From Hyalangium minutum (lineage in GTDB: Bacteria; Myxococcota; Myxococcia; Myxococcales; Myxococcaceae), in assembly GCF_000737315.1 (NCBI RefSeq), contig NZ_JMCB01000009.1:1-64000 (forward strand): a DNA stretch of 64,000 nucleotides, written 5' to 3'. Below are positions 63,954 to 64,000 of the stretch, piece after piece (the stretch's first letter is position 1; the number at the start of each line of letters is the position of its first letter). The notes beneath the pieces were generated by a model. That model did not search any database. It was not told where the DNA came from and saw only the letters and a program-made list of their open reading frames with translations. The translations under genes and the position numbers were made by a program.

Positions 63954-63969
63954 AGCACTGGGCGTGCCA
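63954..63969 (-). promoter_or_regulatory. sigma54-type (-24/-12) promoter of exoA-I
   Basis: Minus strand TGGCACGCCCAGTGCT, close to TGGCACG-N4-TTGCW with exact spacing. Confidence 0.7.
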
Positions 63970-64000
63970 CGAACCTCTGGAGGGGAAAACCATTGGATCG

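Overview
High-GC DNA from a fruiting myxobacterium. The genus cannot be read from the sequence; gene content and order resemble the Myxococcus xanthus region between tuf and the exo spore-coat loci, as I recall that region. From left to right: (1) the str operon (rpsL-rpsG-fusA-5' end of tuf) with a near-consensus sigma70 promoter; (2) rimI, a SurA-N-like protein, dnaJ, a HEAT-repeat protein, a hybrid histidine kinase and plsB; (3) a tightly coupled three-gene module encoding an outer-membrane beta-barrel, a 13-heme c-type cytochrome and an Ig-like lipoprotein; (4) an accessory stretch with a CPBP protease, a membrane-anchored subtilase, a CesT-like/lipase-like/CesT-like cassette, rlmI, corA, hydrolases, an atypical Ser/Thr kinase with a repeat-rich upstream region, and two tandem lipoproteins with CX3CH cytochrome-like domains; (5) thiS-thiG-thiE; (6) a DUF4129/DUF4350-type operon lacking its usual MoxR, followed by a lower-GC lipoprotein nuclease toxin/immunity pair; (7) the spore-coat polysaccharide genes in two blocks (exoL-P-like and exoA-I-like), each behind a sigma54-type promoter and flanking a complete ccmA-I cytochrome c maturation cluster. 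No rRNA, tRNA, CRISPR array or transposase was recognised. The best candidates for undescribed systems are the porin-multiheme-lipoprotein module (11.4-14.5 kb), the chaperone-lipase-chaperone cassette (18.8-20.8 kb) and the tandem CX3CH heme lipoproteins (30.3-31.9 kb). All family assignments come from motif recognition and memory; no database search was run.
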